Below are positions 1-9,991 of a DNA stretch of 45,557 bases, piece after piece (position 1 is the stretch's first letter; every line of letters begins with the position of its first letter). This DNA comes from Catajapyx aquilonaris (lineage: Eukaryota): NCBI GenBank assembly GCA_000934665.2, contig JYFJ02003165.1, positions 1-45,557 of the forward strand. The letters are read 5' to 3'. A model generated the notes under the pieces. That model was not told where the DNA came from. It saw only the letters and a program-made list of their open reading frames with translations, and made no database searches. The position numbers and the translations under genes are program-made.

Positions 1-785
1 CTGTACCATTAAATAAGGTAAATTTATGCATTACATAACAGCGTGTTCTTCCAAAAGCATGTGTTTAAAATTTCATGTTGGTTTTCAGAACAGTTCCCGA
101 GATATACTCATTGAAAGCAATGGAAAAAGTGCACCTTCCCGTGAAGGTTATTTTGGTACCCCTTGAAAGAAATATTTATATCTCGATAACTAAATTTAAT
201 CTCGTAAAACTGGTTGCTCCATAAGGGTTCAATTGGATGTGGGTTTCACATATATATGTTTTTTAAAAATCGAAGACCATGACTGGGCACCCTCGGTCTG
301 GATTGAAATGAAACCAGCCAGTAATGAGTTTTGAATGCAATAAGGTCCTGCCATAAGTTGAAAGTTTCCATTGAGCTCATATTGCAACAATTGCATGTAC
401 TGTATGTGTGTGTAGTTAAAAGTATGATTTATTCAGAAGACCTCGCAATATCCTTCATGTATGTCTTTCTGAATCGCTCCAGATGCATCTTATAGTGCTT
501 TTTTCACTGATTTAATGTTGATTTGTGATTGCGGAGCATTGGTATTCCAACCGAATGGATTTGGCCATCATGTACTTTTCAATTTTTTTGAAAATCGACA
601 ACTGGTGGTTAGAAATTTCGGCTGTCCGTAGTCAGTACATGATTGTAGAAGAATGCCTTTGGAACACTGTGCTATACTGTATGTTTTGAAATTCTTTTGT
701 GTGTGACCTGGGTTCTGGGACAATGTAGCTCCCACAATGCAACACAACGAATATGCTTTTCCCCCTCCCCCTGCTCTATGGATAG

Positions 786-987
786 GATTGAGCCACCCCC
801 GGTGTCGTCCATGAGCAGGTACTATGAGGATCGCTACCGAGAGAGGGACCGAGAGAGAGAGCGGGAGAGGGAGCCGACCAGGAGAGAGCCAGAGCGAGAG
901 CGGGAGAGAGATAGGGAGCGAGACCGTGAGAGAGAGCGGCGGGAGAGGGAGGAGAGGGAGCCGTCACACAGAAGTGCACGACATTAA
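786..987 (+). CDS. Terminal coding exon of an RE/RD/RS-rich RNA-processing factor, most resembling the C-terminus of arthropod CPSF6 (CFIm68); upstream exons lie outside the window
   Basis: Polypyrimidine tract (755-778) then TAG acceptor at 783-785, with an alternative in-frame CAG acceptor at 816-818. Reads ...SRYYEDRYRERDREREREREPTRREPERERERDRERDRERERREREEREPSHRSARH-stop (TAA 985-987). The CPSF6 likeness is recalled, not searched, and other RE-rich splicing factors are possible. Confidence 0.6.
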
Positions 988-1043
988 GTTTCTTCCTTAT
1001 TTACTAAAGGATAAGGAGTAACAAGAGCTCCGAATACATAGAA

Positions 1044-1192
1044 GCCTGTTGTGCACTGCCCCCTCCTTTTTTTTAAATGTTTCTAGCTGAGGGCTAATGT
1101 TACATTTTGTCACGAGGATTATGTCGTCTGATTACAAATTAGCACGGCAGTAACTAATCAACGGAAATCGATCAGGGCAGTGCACAACAGGC
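1044..1192 (+). repeat. Perfect 18-bp inverted repeat in the proximal 3' UTR
   Basis: GCCTGTTGTGCACTGCCC (1044-1061) and GGGCAGTGCACAACAGGC (1175-1192) are exact reverse complements, 113-nt spacer. Confidence 0.85.
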
Positions 1193-2138
1193 GTTATCCT
1201 GCGTGGATATCCTTTTAATTTTCTATTTCCACATTGAATCATTGATTAGAACTGTTTATCTGAATATGAGATGACCTCCATTTTTTTTTTCTTTTTCATA
1301 CAACAATTTAAAGTTGCTCACTTTAGAATCCAAAGTATTTCAACCTAGGCTCTGGCTTTACATTCCTCTCAGTCTGGAAAATAACCTGGTGTTGAAATAA
1401 GTGATTGTCTTGTATTTGGGTAAATCCGCCTTTATTATTTTGAGTTGTTTTTTTTTTTAAGTGTGGCCTTTTACGGCATTTCTCTTTTTTTTTTCATTAG
1501 TATGTTAGGCAAAAAATCATTTCTGTTTTTTACTTCTTTACTAGTTGATGTGGGTGTATTTTGTGGGGGGGTTGGAAATGTCAATTCTTCATTATTTTTG
1601 AAGAAGTTGCTGGAGGATTTGAAGAGCTGCGTGGTGGAAGAGGAAAGTTGTCATTCACCAAATATGGGATGATGGGAAAAGAAGAAGGAAAGGAAATGGA
1701 AGTATACAAATGAACAGGAACATCATTGGATCGAACGAGAGAGAAGCAACGGAGAAAATCATGATAACTAGTAGTAGATCTTTTTTTTTTGCCAATATCG
1801 GGCATGGTATTTATTGTCTGTGCCACTGTTTACATTTACAGTAGTTTTTTTCTAGCTAACGACTTATTTTTTGTGTGTCATATAGTGCGCCTTTCGCTAT
1901 ACCTTCACGTCAATGTAGTAGTGATCATGTCGAGCTATTTCACGAGAGCACAAATTTTTTTTGTGGGTAGGTTAGGGAAATTGAAGTACGTCCATGTATG
2001 TAGTGCGGCTACATTATGGGCTATTCGCTTATTGATGTTCGTCTCCCTAACTAATTAACAACAGTTTGTGACATAGTGATTCTTTCCATATGCCGAAAGA
2101 CAAGAAGAATGTGAAGTTTTGTAACCCTAGCAATTGTC

Positions 2139-2144
2139 ATTAAA
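2139..2144 (+). terminator. Candidate polyadenylation signal (ATTAAA) of the RE-rich gene
   Basis: ATTAAA followed about 20-35 nt later by GU/U-rich sequence (gtgtgtattttgt). Confidence 0.35.
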
Positions 2145-2498
2145 GTGTTGGAAAATTTTGTGGCAGTGTGTATTTTGTAATGTTATAATTTTTTCGAGGT
2201 TCTGTTTGTACAACAGAGTTTGGTACTGTGTTAATGCAATCATGTGATCAAGCTGTGCTGTGAAGGTGGAGCAACAAGTGAGTAATCATATCCAGTGCTA
2301 GTATACAGAGTGGCCTTTAGAATCCATGGGTTACATATCGGTTACCAGGGTGGAAACTGAAATATATATACGTACATGGTTCTGGATGTGGTTACCATCT
2401 TGTAACATGAGCTGTCGAAAAATCAAGCTCAAAACCAAATGATATCCATGGCACATGAGCCAGCTGCAATTAATCTTGCAAATTAATGTCAATGTGTG

Positions 2499-2596
2499 GA
2501 ATTTTCATCCCACTGCTAGATACTGCTAACTTAGCAGTACTGGTGTTGGCACTGGTACTGGTAAGTTAGCAGTATTTAGCAGTGGGACGAAAATTC
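2499..2596. mobile_element. Palindromic MITE, family A
   Basis: Arms GAATTTTCATCCCACTGCTAGATACTGCTAACTTA... and ...TAAGTTAGCAGTATTTAGCAGTGGGACGAAAATTC are near-perfect inverted repeats; homologous copies at 9663-9737 and 9801-9927. Confidence 0.75.
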
Positions 2597-4734
2597 GGTG
2601 CAAAAAACTTTTTGCATACTGTCGTCAATATGTTGGCGTTTGTCAGTATGTATTCCTTTTTTACTGCATGTTGTGTCTCGACAAGTTTTTGTGGTGGAAA
2701 AATACTGGAGGAACTTACTCCTTCAATCCAGACTGATTCCTAGTTCATTTTGTCAGCATATTCTTTTAGGAGGCTGTTAGTAAATTGCATGCGATAATGA
2801 GCAAAAGGCTCGGCAAAAGGTCTACGCATAGTCATGCGTATACCTTTGATTTGATTCTGAAATCAATTGCCAATCTTGTTTATTACTGTTCACGTGTCAC
2901 TTGCAAATTTCTGTCCCTTACTCTCGCCCCTGTCCACTGATGTGCAGATGTTAACCTCCCACAACGACTTATGATAACGACAATCCTTCACCCTCAATCT
3001 TTGCAGAATTCATGAGTGGTCCCTAGGATGGTTTTCAGCAATATCTCGTCACTGCCTTTTGAACTGAGCAATTTTTTTGCACTCAGCATTATGTTTAGTA
3101 CAAGACTGAGGAAGATCTCTGAACATAATTGTTTTTGCAATTACTAAGGCAGAGAATAGGTATGGTTGTAACCTACCCTGCGAAGTTGGTGATAAATGGT
3201 GTGTTGGATTTGCCCCTGTGCAAGAGCCATGTATAAATGATGAGCACAGGACGTTACAGGATAATGTTGTTCACCTGCAGGTAGGTGATTCTCATATTAT
3301 GTGGTCTCTATTTTTTTTATGTTGTGTAGGTTCAGTGAACCATGTGTTGATCATTATAAGGACATTTCACTATGAGTGAGTGTTACAATAATGTTTTGAA
3401 CCGGTCCATGTCACAATTGTTGCGAACATTTTGGTGCAGTAGTATAATGTTTTTTTTTTTTTGTGGTTGTGATCATGTTTGTATGGAGTATTAACTACAC
3501 TTTTTTTTCCGATATACAGGGGTAATCGCTTGGGACTGTGATTCTAAAAATCGCATCTATGGTACAGCCGATGTGATGCTGTTGGATATTAGTTTTTTGC
3601 TTCTCAAAGCTGTAAAGTGTGCATTGTATGCAATGTTGACACCTGACTCTACCATGTGAATTTTAATTTGCATACATATTAGTGATCAGGAGTCATGGAT
3701 TCATGCAATAACAGCATAATGTCAATTCTGAAACACATGAGACGCACACTGAAAAATGGTTTTTTATGAAGCATTTAGGGCATGATGTTTTCTATAAAAT
3801 TCAGTATGTACCTGATGCTTTTTTACATTGTACAGAATTGGTTTCTGCACTTGCCATTTGTACTGCATTTTTACCAGGGGATCCAAATATTTGGATTTAA
3901 AGGTGTAATTTGCACCTGCAAAAAAAATTTAAAGAATTGACCTTAACCTTTTATGGGAGGGGGAAATAAGTGATTTTTATGAAATGAGTTATTTTATCAA
4001 TTGGAATAATTTATTCACATATAAGTTGACAGATCTTTTTATAGATAGACAATCAATTTGATATTTGTAAGTTCTTCCTAAACTACTGTCAACATAGTCA
4101 CAGCCTACCCCTAATTAAATGGAGTAGTCTGTGGCGTCAAGGGTTGTGCTTGTGTTCACCCATACAAATGTTGGACCTTGTCTAATATGTATTGATGTCA
4201 GCAAGAAGTAGGTACAGAGAACAGAAAGTGAAGAAAAGCCGGGGAAAAAAAAATCCCAAGTACGACTTGGATGCGACTTTTGTATTTACTTGGCTACTAT
4301 AATCCCTACTTTTTGCTCAGGTTAGTGCAGTGGAACGTATCTATAAAAGATCATGAACAATTATAAGATACCTGCCCAATCACAAAAACTTTTGTCCTGC
4401 TACCATGATTTTCAGTGTATTTCTGTCATGTGTTCAATTTTCGGGGGAACAGTGCAACTTCATTATAGATATGTTTCACTATGCGTGATGACTCGAAATG
4501 GTGCTTTATTAGACCGATGTATTATTAAGGTTCTTTCATGCCTGTCACTTTCCTTGTGAACATATGAAAACCTTGCAGGATGATCAGAGTCACATTTTGG
4601 TCGAAATGGAGTTTGGCATTTCTGTTGGTCAATCAGTTCTGCTCGAGCTATGTGAAACGATGTATCACATTGATTATGTAAACTTCAAGTTGTCAAGTCT
4701 GCTCTGATTGTCCTCTCTATCAGGTCTTCATATA

Positions 4735-4791
4735 CAGTTGACTCTGGATATAACACTGATTCCCTTGATGTCTTACATCCAGAGTCGACTG
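4735..4791. mobile_element. Ultra-short Tc1/mariner-pogo-type MITE
   Basis: 19-bp TIRs CAGTTGACTCTGGATATAA / TTACATCCAGAGTCGACTG (2 mismatches), flanked by TA at 4733-4734 and 4792-4793. Confidence 0.65.
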
Positions 4792-6878
4792 TAATTTGGT
4801 AATAGGAAACATTGACTATAACGCTAACTATAAGCCACCTAATAGTTCACTTTTAGTAAGGCTGTGAGTAAAAACCCTGGAATTATGCATGTTGCATGAT
4901 TCAAGCAGTAAACAGACTTGAGTTGAATATCTCAAAGAGTAATATAAAAATTGGGTATTGCACTGTCATTGCTAAAGCACTTGGCATGTTAGCAAGTGAA
5001 CTTTGTCCATTGCACAGGTTCCATCATCGAGGGAGGGGAATATAACACATTTTTGTGCCTTTCCAGTGTGCCGATACGGAGATAATGTAAAGCCAAAGGT
5101 AAAAATGGCAGAATTCAGAAAGTTGTCTTAACTTTTCATGCGCGGCTTAAATCCAGTGATGTCAGCAAATCATAACACAACAGGTTAAACTGATATCACC
5201 TTACTGAAATGGCACATGTCAAGTTAGATGCCTCCGAATTCTTCCACAAGAAATTAGAAGTAGGTCAACTCCTATGCCACAAATAATATCATGCAAACAG
5301 GAAACAGAAAGCCTCTTCAATATGTTGTGCAGCATAATGTTGCTCTCGGGGATTGACCTGCTGTCATGTAATATTCAAAAACCTGACGATCTGTGCAATA
5401 GAAAATATCCAGGGAGAATGCTGTCACAAGCTGTTGCGTTCATTTTACAGAGATAGTCATGTTGACGGTAGAACTGGGCCGTCAGAGCACAAGGAATCAC
5501 TTTGTCTCTGCCCCATGAAAATGTATGGGGGCATCATTTTGCAAATCGTCACATAGCGGTAAGGTAATGATGTGTCCAGGTGGGTTACTTAGAAACTTGA
5601 CCTTATCGCAAACATGCAGATGTCACATTACAAGTGTTAGTCGTGGCCATTAATATGGGCAGTTCTTGGATTGATTATTTTCCGGCATGTATTAATTTAG
5701 AGAGTACGGTATCATTATATTAGTGTTTAAAGTGAATGTATAATAATGCGCAGGGTTCTGGAAAAGTTTGTCAAGAGCAATAGGTGTAAGTAACAACAAA
5801 TAAGGTTTGAATCTAGTCCGTACGTACCTGAAATGACTGCAGATATTACAGTACTAGGTAGTTAACTCTGAATTATCCAACTGCAGTATAATGCTTATGA
5901 ATATAGTATATTTAATTGCGATTTACGTACATCCAGTGGGTGCAAGTTACTGAATTCATGGGTGTTTCATGAAGCCAATTAGTGAAACTTTCCATAATGA
6001 ACAGTATTCACAATACATATTTCTTCCTGAATTTGAATTAATGTAACAGTCACATAAGTTAATGAGAATATGATTGGAAGAAAATAGGATGTAACCAGTG
6101 TAGGAGTCATGCTCTTCAAAAATTAGGAGGGAGGTAATGTAGCATGAAGGTCAAACGTAGGTGTTAATATTCTGAATTGTAATGCTTTCTTTACTGTAAC
6201 ACAGCTTACAGCATGAGAACCACAGAGGATAGCCAAGAGTACGTTTTTGTCATTCTTCCAAGTGCACTTTGTTCATATTGCACTTCTATAAATGTCGGTA
6301 ATGTGCATGTCAGTCTTTTCCCCACCAGCCATGTGAGAGAACTAATATTTAAGTCACTTCCAGGAATTTATTTCTATGTGAGCAAACAAATGTCACCAAG
6401 CGGCAACCCTTGCGTCTTGGTGACATTTGTTTTGCTCACTCTTCTTTTGTGTGAAAAAGACTTACTTCAATGATTTTTTAACGAAGCTCATTTCCCTTAC
6501 AGCTTGAACGGGGCAGAGAATGATGACAACTTCCATTGAGGTTTTACCTAATGCAAACTCTTATGCGTTTGCACCGTAATAATTAAGTGGATGTTCAAGA
6601 CTGCAAGCAAATTGGCTAAGACAATTGCTCGACCAAATTGCTTTATTATCCTCGTAGTTTGGTGGACTTGTGACATATTTTACTGCATGTGCGTGAGATC
6701 TGCAACTCAATTCTTGCAGAACCAAGGCCAGCCTTGGGGCTGATTCTACATGTATTTACACACCCAGAAGCTGGTTCCTTGCATCTGATATTATCATGGG
6801 GACAGATCAATTATTGCAGTACCCTGACAATTTCAACTGAATCAAGACTATGAAATGTACAAAATACTCATTGCCAGT

Positions 6879-6989
6879 ACATGGCTGGACGTAATAGCAG
6901 TCCCTTGGATATTTTCGGGTGTGAGCTGCGCAACCACTTGCGCCGCTCATGTCAGGAAATTTCCAAGGAACTATTACTTCCAGCTGTGT
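6879..6989 (+). other. About 110-nt imperfect hairpin (foldback element or structured RNA)
   Basis: Left arm acatggctggacgtaatagcagtcccttggatattttcgggtgtgagctgcgcaa pairs with right arm ttgcgccgctcatgtcaggaaatttccaaggaactattacttccagctgtgt around a 4-nt loop (ccac). Confidence 0.7.
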
Positions 6990-7140
6990 TCAATATTTAA
7001 TTCTGAAAATATACTAGGCTGTGTCTAATTAAATCCATCAAGTCCTATCATTTGCCCCTCCCATCTGAAAATTTCTTTTCTTTTCAGTCAAGTGTACCTT
7101 CCACAGGAGAAATAATAAAGATTGAATGGAATGTCACACG

Positions 7141-7146
7141 TTTATT
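7141..7146 (-). terminator. AATAAA polyadenylation signal of FKBP4
   Basis: tttatt on the plus strand, 30 nt downstream of the TGA stop. Confidence 0.7.
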
Positions 7147-7176
7147 GAACCACATCAAAACGAAAACTTGAATTGT

Positions 7177-7350
7177 TCAATCCGAGACACATCCATAGTA
7201 CTTGCTAGTGTCGATGATCGTGGGCCCGTCTGTGTTGAATGCCTCCTCTTCGTGTCCATGGGTATGTTCCCCCTCGCAGTTCCCATCCCCCCACTCTCCT
7301 AACGTCCCTGATAACACGTCTGGCTGGTTCTTCCTTGCATCGTCCTCCTT
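7177..7350 (-). CDS. FKBP4: FKBP4 coding exon 5
   Basis: Acceptor gtgtgtag|, KEDDARKNQPDVLSGTLGEWGDG...YYGCVSD-stop. Confidence 0.8.
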   Translation of the reverse strand, partial: KEDDARKNQPDVLSGTLGEWGDGNCEGEHTHGHEEEAFNTDGPTIIDTSKYYGCVSD

Positions 7351-8937
7351 CTACACACACCACATATCAAAAAGAACCACATTGAAAAGCCATTGCACCA
7401 TGCCAAAGAAATTGCCTCGCATCCCCCCAAAATGGTTCTAGAAAAAGAAAGGCTACACACATACTCACATTGGCTCACCTTCTGATCAATCCGGGCGAAC
7501 TTGTCAAACATGTTAGCGTAAATCTTCTTTTCCTTATCAGTCTGCTCCTTGATCTTTGCGCAGCAGGCCTGCATCTGGACTGGGACAGCCTTGTTCCCAG
7601 GCTCCAGCTTCTGGACCGCCTTTGAATACATATATTGATTAGCATCCAGCTTATTAACCCTCGAGGCAACACTTTCCGTGATATTTACATCATCCTTATT
7701 AATAAAATATTTTAAGACACCCTGACATGTACTGATGACGAAATGCGGAGCTGGCTCACCTTGAAGTCCTCCATAGCTTGCCTTGGTTCCCCAAATCCTA
7801 AGTACGCCTGCCCTCTCCTGAAAAGGCCTTTGGCATTGTCTGGTTCTATGTCCAGCGCTTTGGTGCATTCGTCCCTTGCAAGCATCCAGTCGCCCATCTT
7901 CAGGTAGCACAGGGCTTGGTTCAGATGCCCTGCAACGACCAGCGTCTTCTGTTCTGAGACACCCTCACCCTCTCCACCCTTGATTTCCGAATCTAGGAGC
8001 GACACCACCTTCTGATAGCTCTTCAATGCCAGCGCATACCTAAAGAAAACCAAGATCAATTATTATAAGCTCAATTATGAAACGCATGGTGCCATACCGC
8101 TCCTTCTGGAAGAACTTGGTTCCCTTTTCCTTGCTGATCTTAGCCTGTTGAGTCTTCTCCTCCGAGTCCATCTGCCACGTCTCCCTTGCTAGCTCAAAGT
8201 TCAACAGCTCCACCTCGTACTTCCCGTTTCCTTGCTTCCCAGTAAGAGTCAGCACTGATTTCTCCCCACGCTTGAATTTCTCAAGGGCCACCTCCACTCC
8301 AGGCGGGATACTATGCTCGGAGCCTTCTCCAAGAGCAAACTCAAACTCCTGGGACTTGCACTCAGAGTCTCCTAAGGGACCCTCCATGCGGATCTTGACA
8401 GAAGCTCCCTCGTTAGGACAGCTGTAGCCTGTCCCTTCAACCACCTGCTGGCGGAAAATGGATCCATCCTTGTCGGGACTGAGATCCTCCGGCTTCCAAT
8501 CTAGCAGCTCCACTTCAAACACCAGGGTGGCATTGGGCGGTATCTTCGGGGAAGACCCGACCTCCCCATAGGCATACTCCGAACCGCAGGTCAGAACCGC
8601 CAACTCGCCTCGACGCATCGTAGCCACTCCCATATCCCATGCCTTTATCACATTGCCTGAAATGTTTTGGTTGTCAGTATGCGCAACCTTCCTTCTGTTG
8701 TAACGTACCTCTTCCGAGCTGGAATTCGAATGGTGTGCCCCTATCCCGGCTGGAGTCAAACACCGTCCCGTTGGTCAGTGTTCCGACGTAGTGGACAAAC
8801 ACGGTGTCTCCCTCTCCGGGACGCTCCTCTCCCTCCCCTTCCCTCTTCACCAGTTTGAGCACCCCTCCGTCCTTGGTCGGAGTCACATCCACCTGCTGTC
8901 CCTCCTCCTGTTCCTTCACCTCGGTCTCAGACGTCAT
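7177..8937 (-). CDS. FKBP4: Peptidyl-prolyl cis-trans isomerase FKBP4/FKBP52 (FKBP59-like Hsp90 co-chaperone), 5 coding exons: join complement(8709-8937, 8098-8656, 7760-8039, 7479-7619, 7177-7350), 460 aa
   Basis: FK1 domain (DGGVLK, VHYVGTL, FDSSRDR, VIKAWDMGVATM, YAYG, KIPPNATLVFEVEL), FK2 domain, three TPRs (KEKGT, HLNQALC, KGLFRRG), EKKIYANMFDKFA motif and arthropod-type tail PDVLSGTLGEWG. All four GT-AG introns (52, 58, 140, 128 nt) keep frame; total 1383 nt. Confidence 0.95.
7479..7619 (-). CDS. FKBP4: FKBP4 coding exon 4
   Basis: Acceptor ttcaaag| (AAG type), AVQKLEPGNKA...FARIDQK, donor AAG|gtgagc. Confidence 0.85.
7760..8039 (-). CDS. FKBP4: FKBP4 coding exon 3 (TPR)
   Basis: Acceptor ttttctttag|, YALALKSY...AMEDFK, donor AAG|gtgagc. 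Confidence 0.92.
8098..8656 (-). CDS. FKBP4: FKBP4 coding exon 2
   Basis: Acceptor tttcag|, GNVIKAWD...KFFQKE, donor CG|gtatgg, phase 2. Confidence 0.92.
8709..8937 (-). CDS. FKBP4: FKBP4 coding exon 1
   Basis: ATG 8937-8935, MTSETEVK...FEFQLGR, donor AG|gtacgt, phase 1. Confidence 0.9.
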
Positions 8938-8938
8938 T

Positions 8939-9018
8939 CTGGAATAAACCTGGACATATCAGGAGGATCATGTTTTTTGAGGGGAGATTCACAATGGGTT
9001 CTCTCTGGGCAAACTCAC
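8939..9018 (-). other. Probable 5' UTR intron of FKBP4
   Basis: Donor GAG|gtgagt at 9018; acceptor tttattccag at 8939 (alternatively gtccag at 8950), just before the ATG. Confidence 0.6.
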
Positions 9019-9162
9019 CTCCTGCGTGTCTCTCCTCCACACCCTCTTTTTCCAGCAGCCCTTTGGTGAAACACCCGAGTCCTGTTCCTCCCACAAGAAA
9101 CACCCGAACGGACGAAACGAAGAGGGGAAAAAGCCGGCCGGCCTAAGAAAGAGGGAACAACA

Positions 9163-9177
9163 GTTCCAGAACCTTCC
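9163..9177. promoter_or_regulatory. Heat-shock element (HSF site) upstream of FKBP4
   Basis: gTTCcaGAAccTTCc = three perfect alternating nGAAn pentamers; FKBP4 is a known HSF1 target in vertebrates. Confidence 0.75.
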
Positions 9178-9290
9178 CAAAGAAAAAGAAACAAAAACGC
9201 TGGGCCGAATATCGCCGTCGCCGCTTCTTGGGGGGGCGGAAATAGCCGCTACTCGTAACATATTAGCAGTGGAAATAACGGCTACATGCG

Positions 9291-9342
9291 AATGGCGCCG
9301 GATTTGATACTTCACGTGTCCAATATTGTAAGGCGCATGCGC
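9291..9342. promoter_or_regulatory. Housekeeping promoter motif cluster: YY1-like AATGGCG, E-box CACGTG, NRF1/Ewg palindrome GCGCATGCGC
   Basis: Motifs at 9291-9297, 9313-9318 and 9333-9342 in a CpG-rich patch. Confidence 0.55.
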
Positions 9343-9469
9343 AGATTGTAAGGGCGTGAAGGGTCAAATGTTGCTGTACCTTCAGGAGAGTACGGGTAGG
9401 GGGCAGAAGTATGCAGATGTTTACAAAAAGTGCCGGTAAAATATGGATCCATTGATTGGGTTTTCACAC

Positions 9470-9638
<169 letters not shown>

Positions 9639-9662
9639 CGTGAAAATTAATCATAAACACAA

Positions 9663-9991
9663 TGGGTGGAATTTTCGTCCCACTGCTATAGTTATACTGC
9701 TAATTTAGCAGTAGGCCTACTATTGCCAACACTGGTAGGCTTGACTTTTATTACAGTTACACTTCATTGACTCGATGGGCATGTGAAAATAGCAAAACTA
9801 TGGGATGAAATTTTCGTCCCACTGCTATATAGTTAACTGCTAACTTAGCAGAGCCAGTGTTGGCAATGGTACTGCTAAGTTAGCAGTAACTAGCAGCAAG
9901 CTAGCAGTAGGACGAAAATTCCACCCAATGTTATATGCTATTTTCACATGACCATTGAGTCGCAATGAAGTATGCTGCAATAAAAGTCAGC
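9663..9991. mobile_element. Nested palindromic MITE cluster: half copy of family A (9663-9737), then family B arms (9739-9798, 9930-9991) enclosing a full family A copy (9801-9927)
   Basis: B arms gcttgacttttattacag...catgtgaaaatagca and tgctattttcacatg...ctgcaataaaagtcagc are inverted; A copies match 2499-2596. Confidence 0.75.

Noticed and set aside
697..785. N-terminal part of the 96-aa ORF
   Set aside because: Intronic read-through (polypyrimidine tract) upstream of the acceptor
4305..4326. AG|GTTAGT ratchet-like site (also CAG|GTAGGT at 3278-3286)
   Set aside because: Lies 3' of a terminal exon with no demonstrated long intron; may be chance
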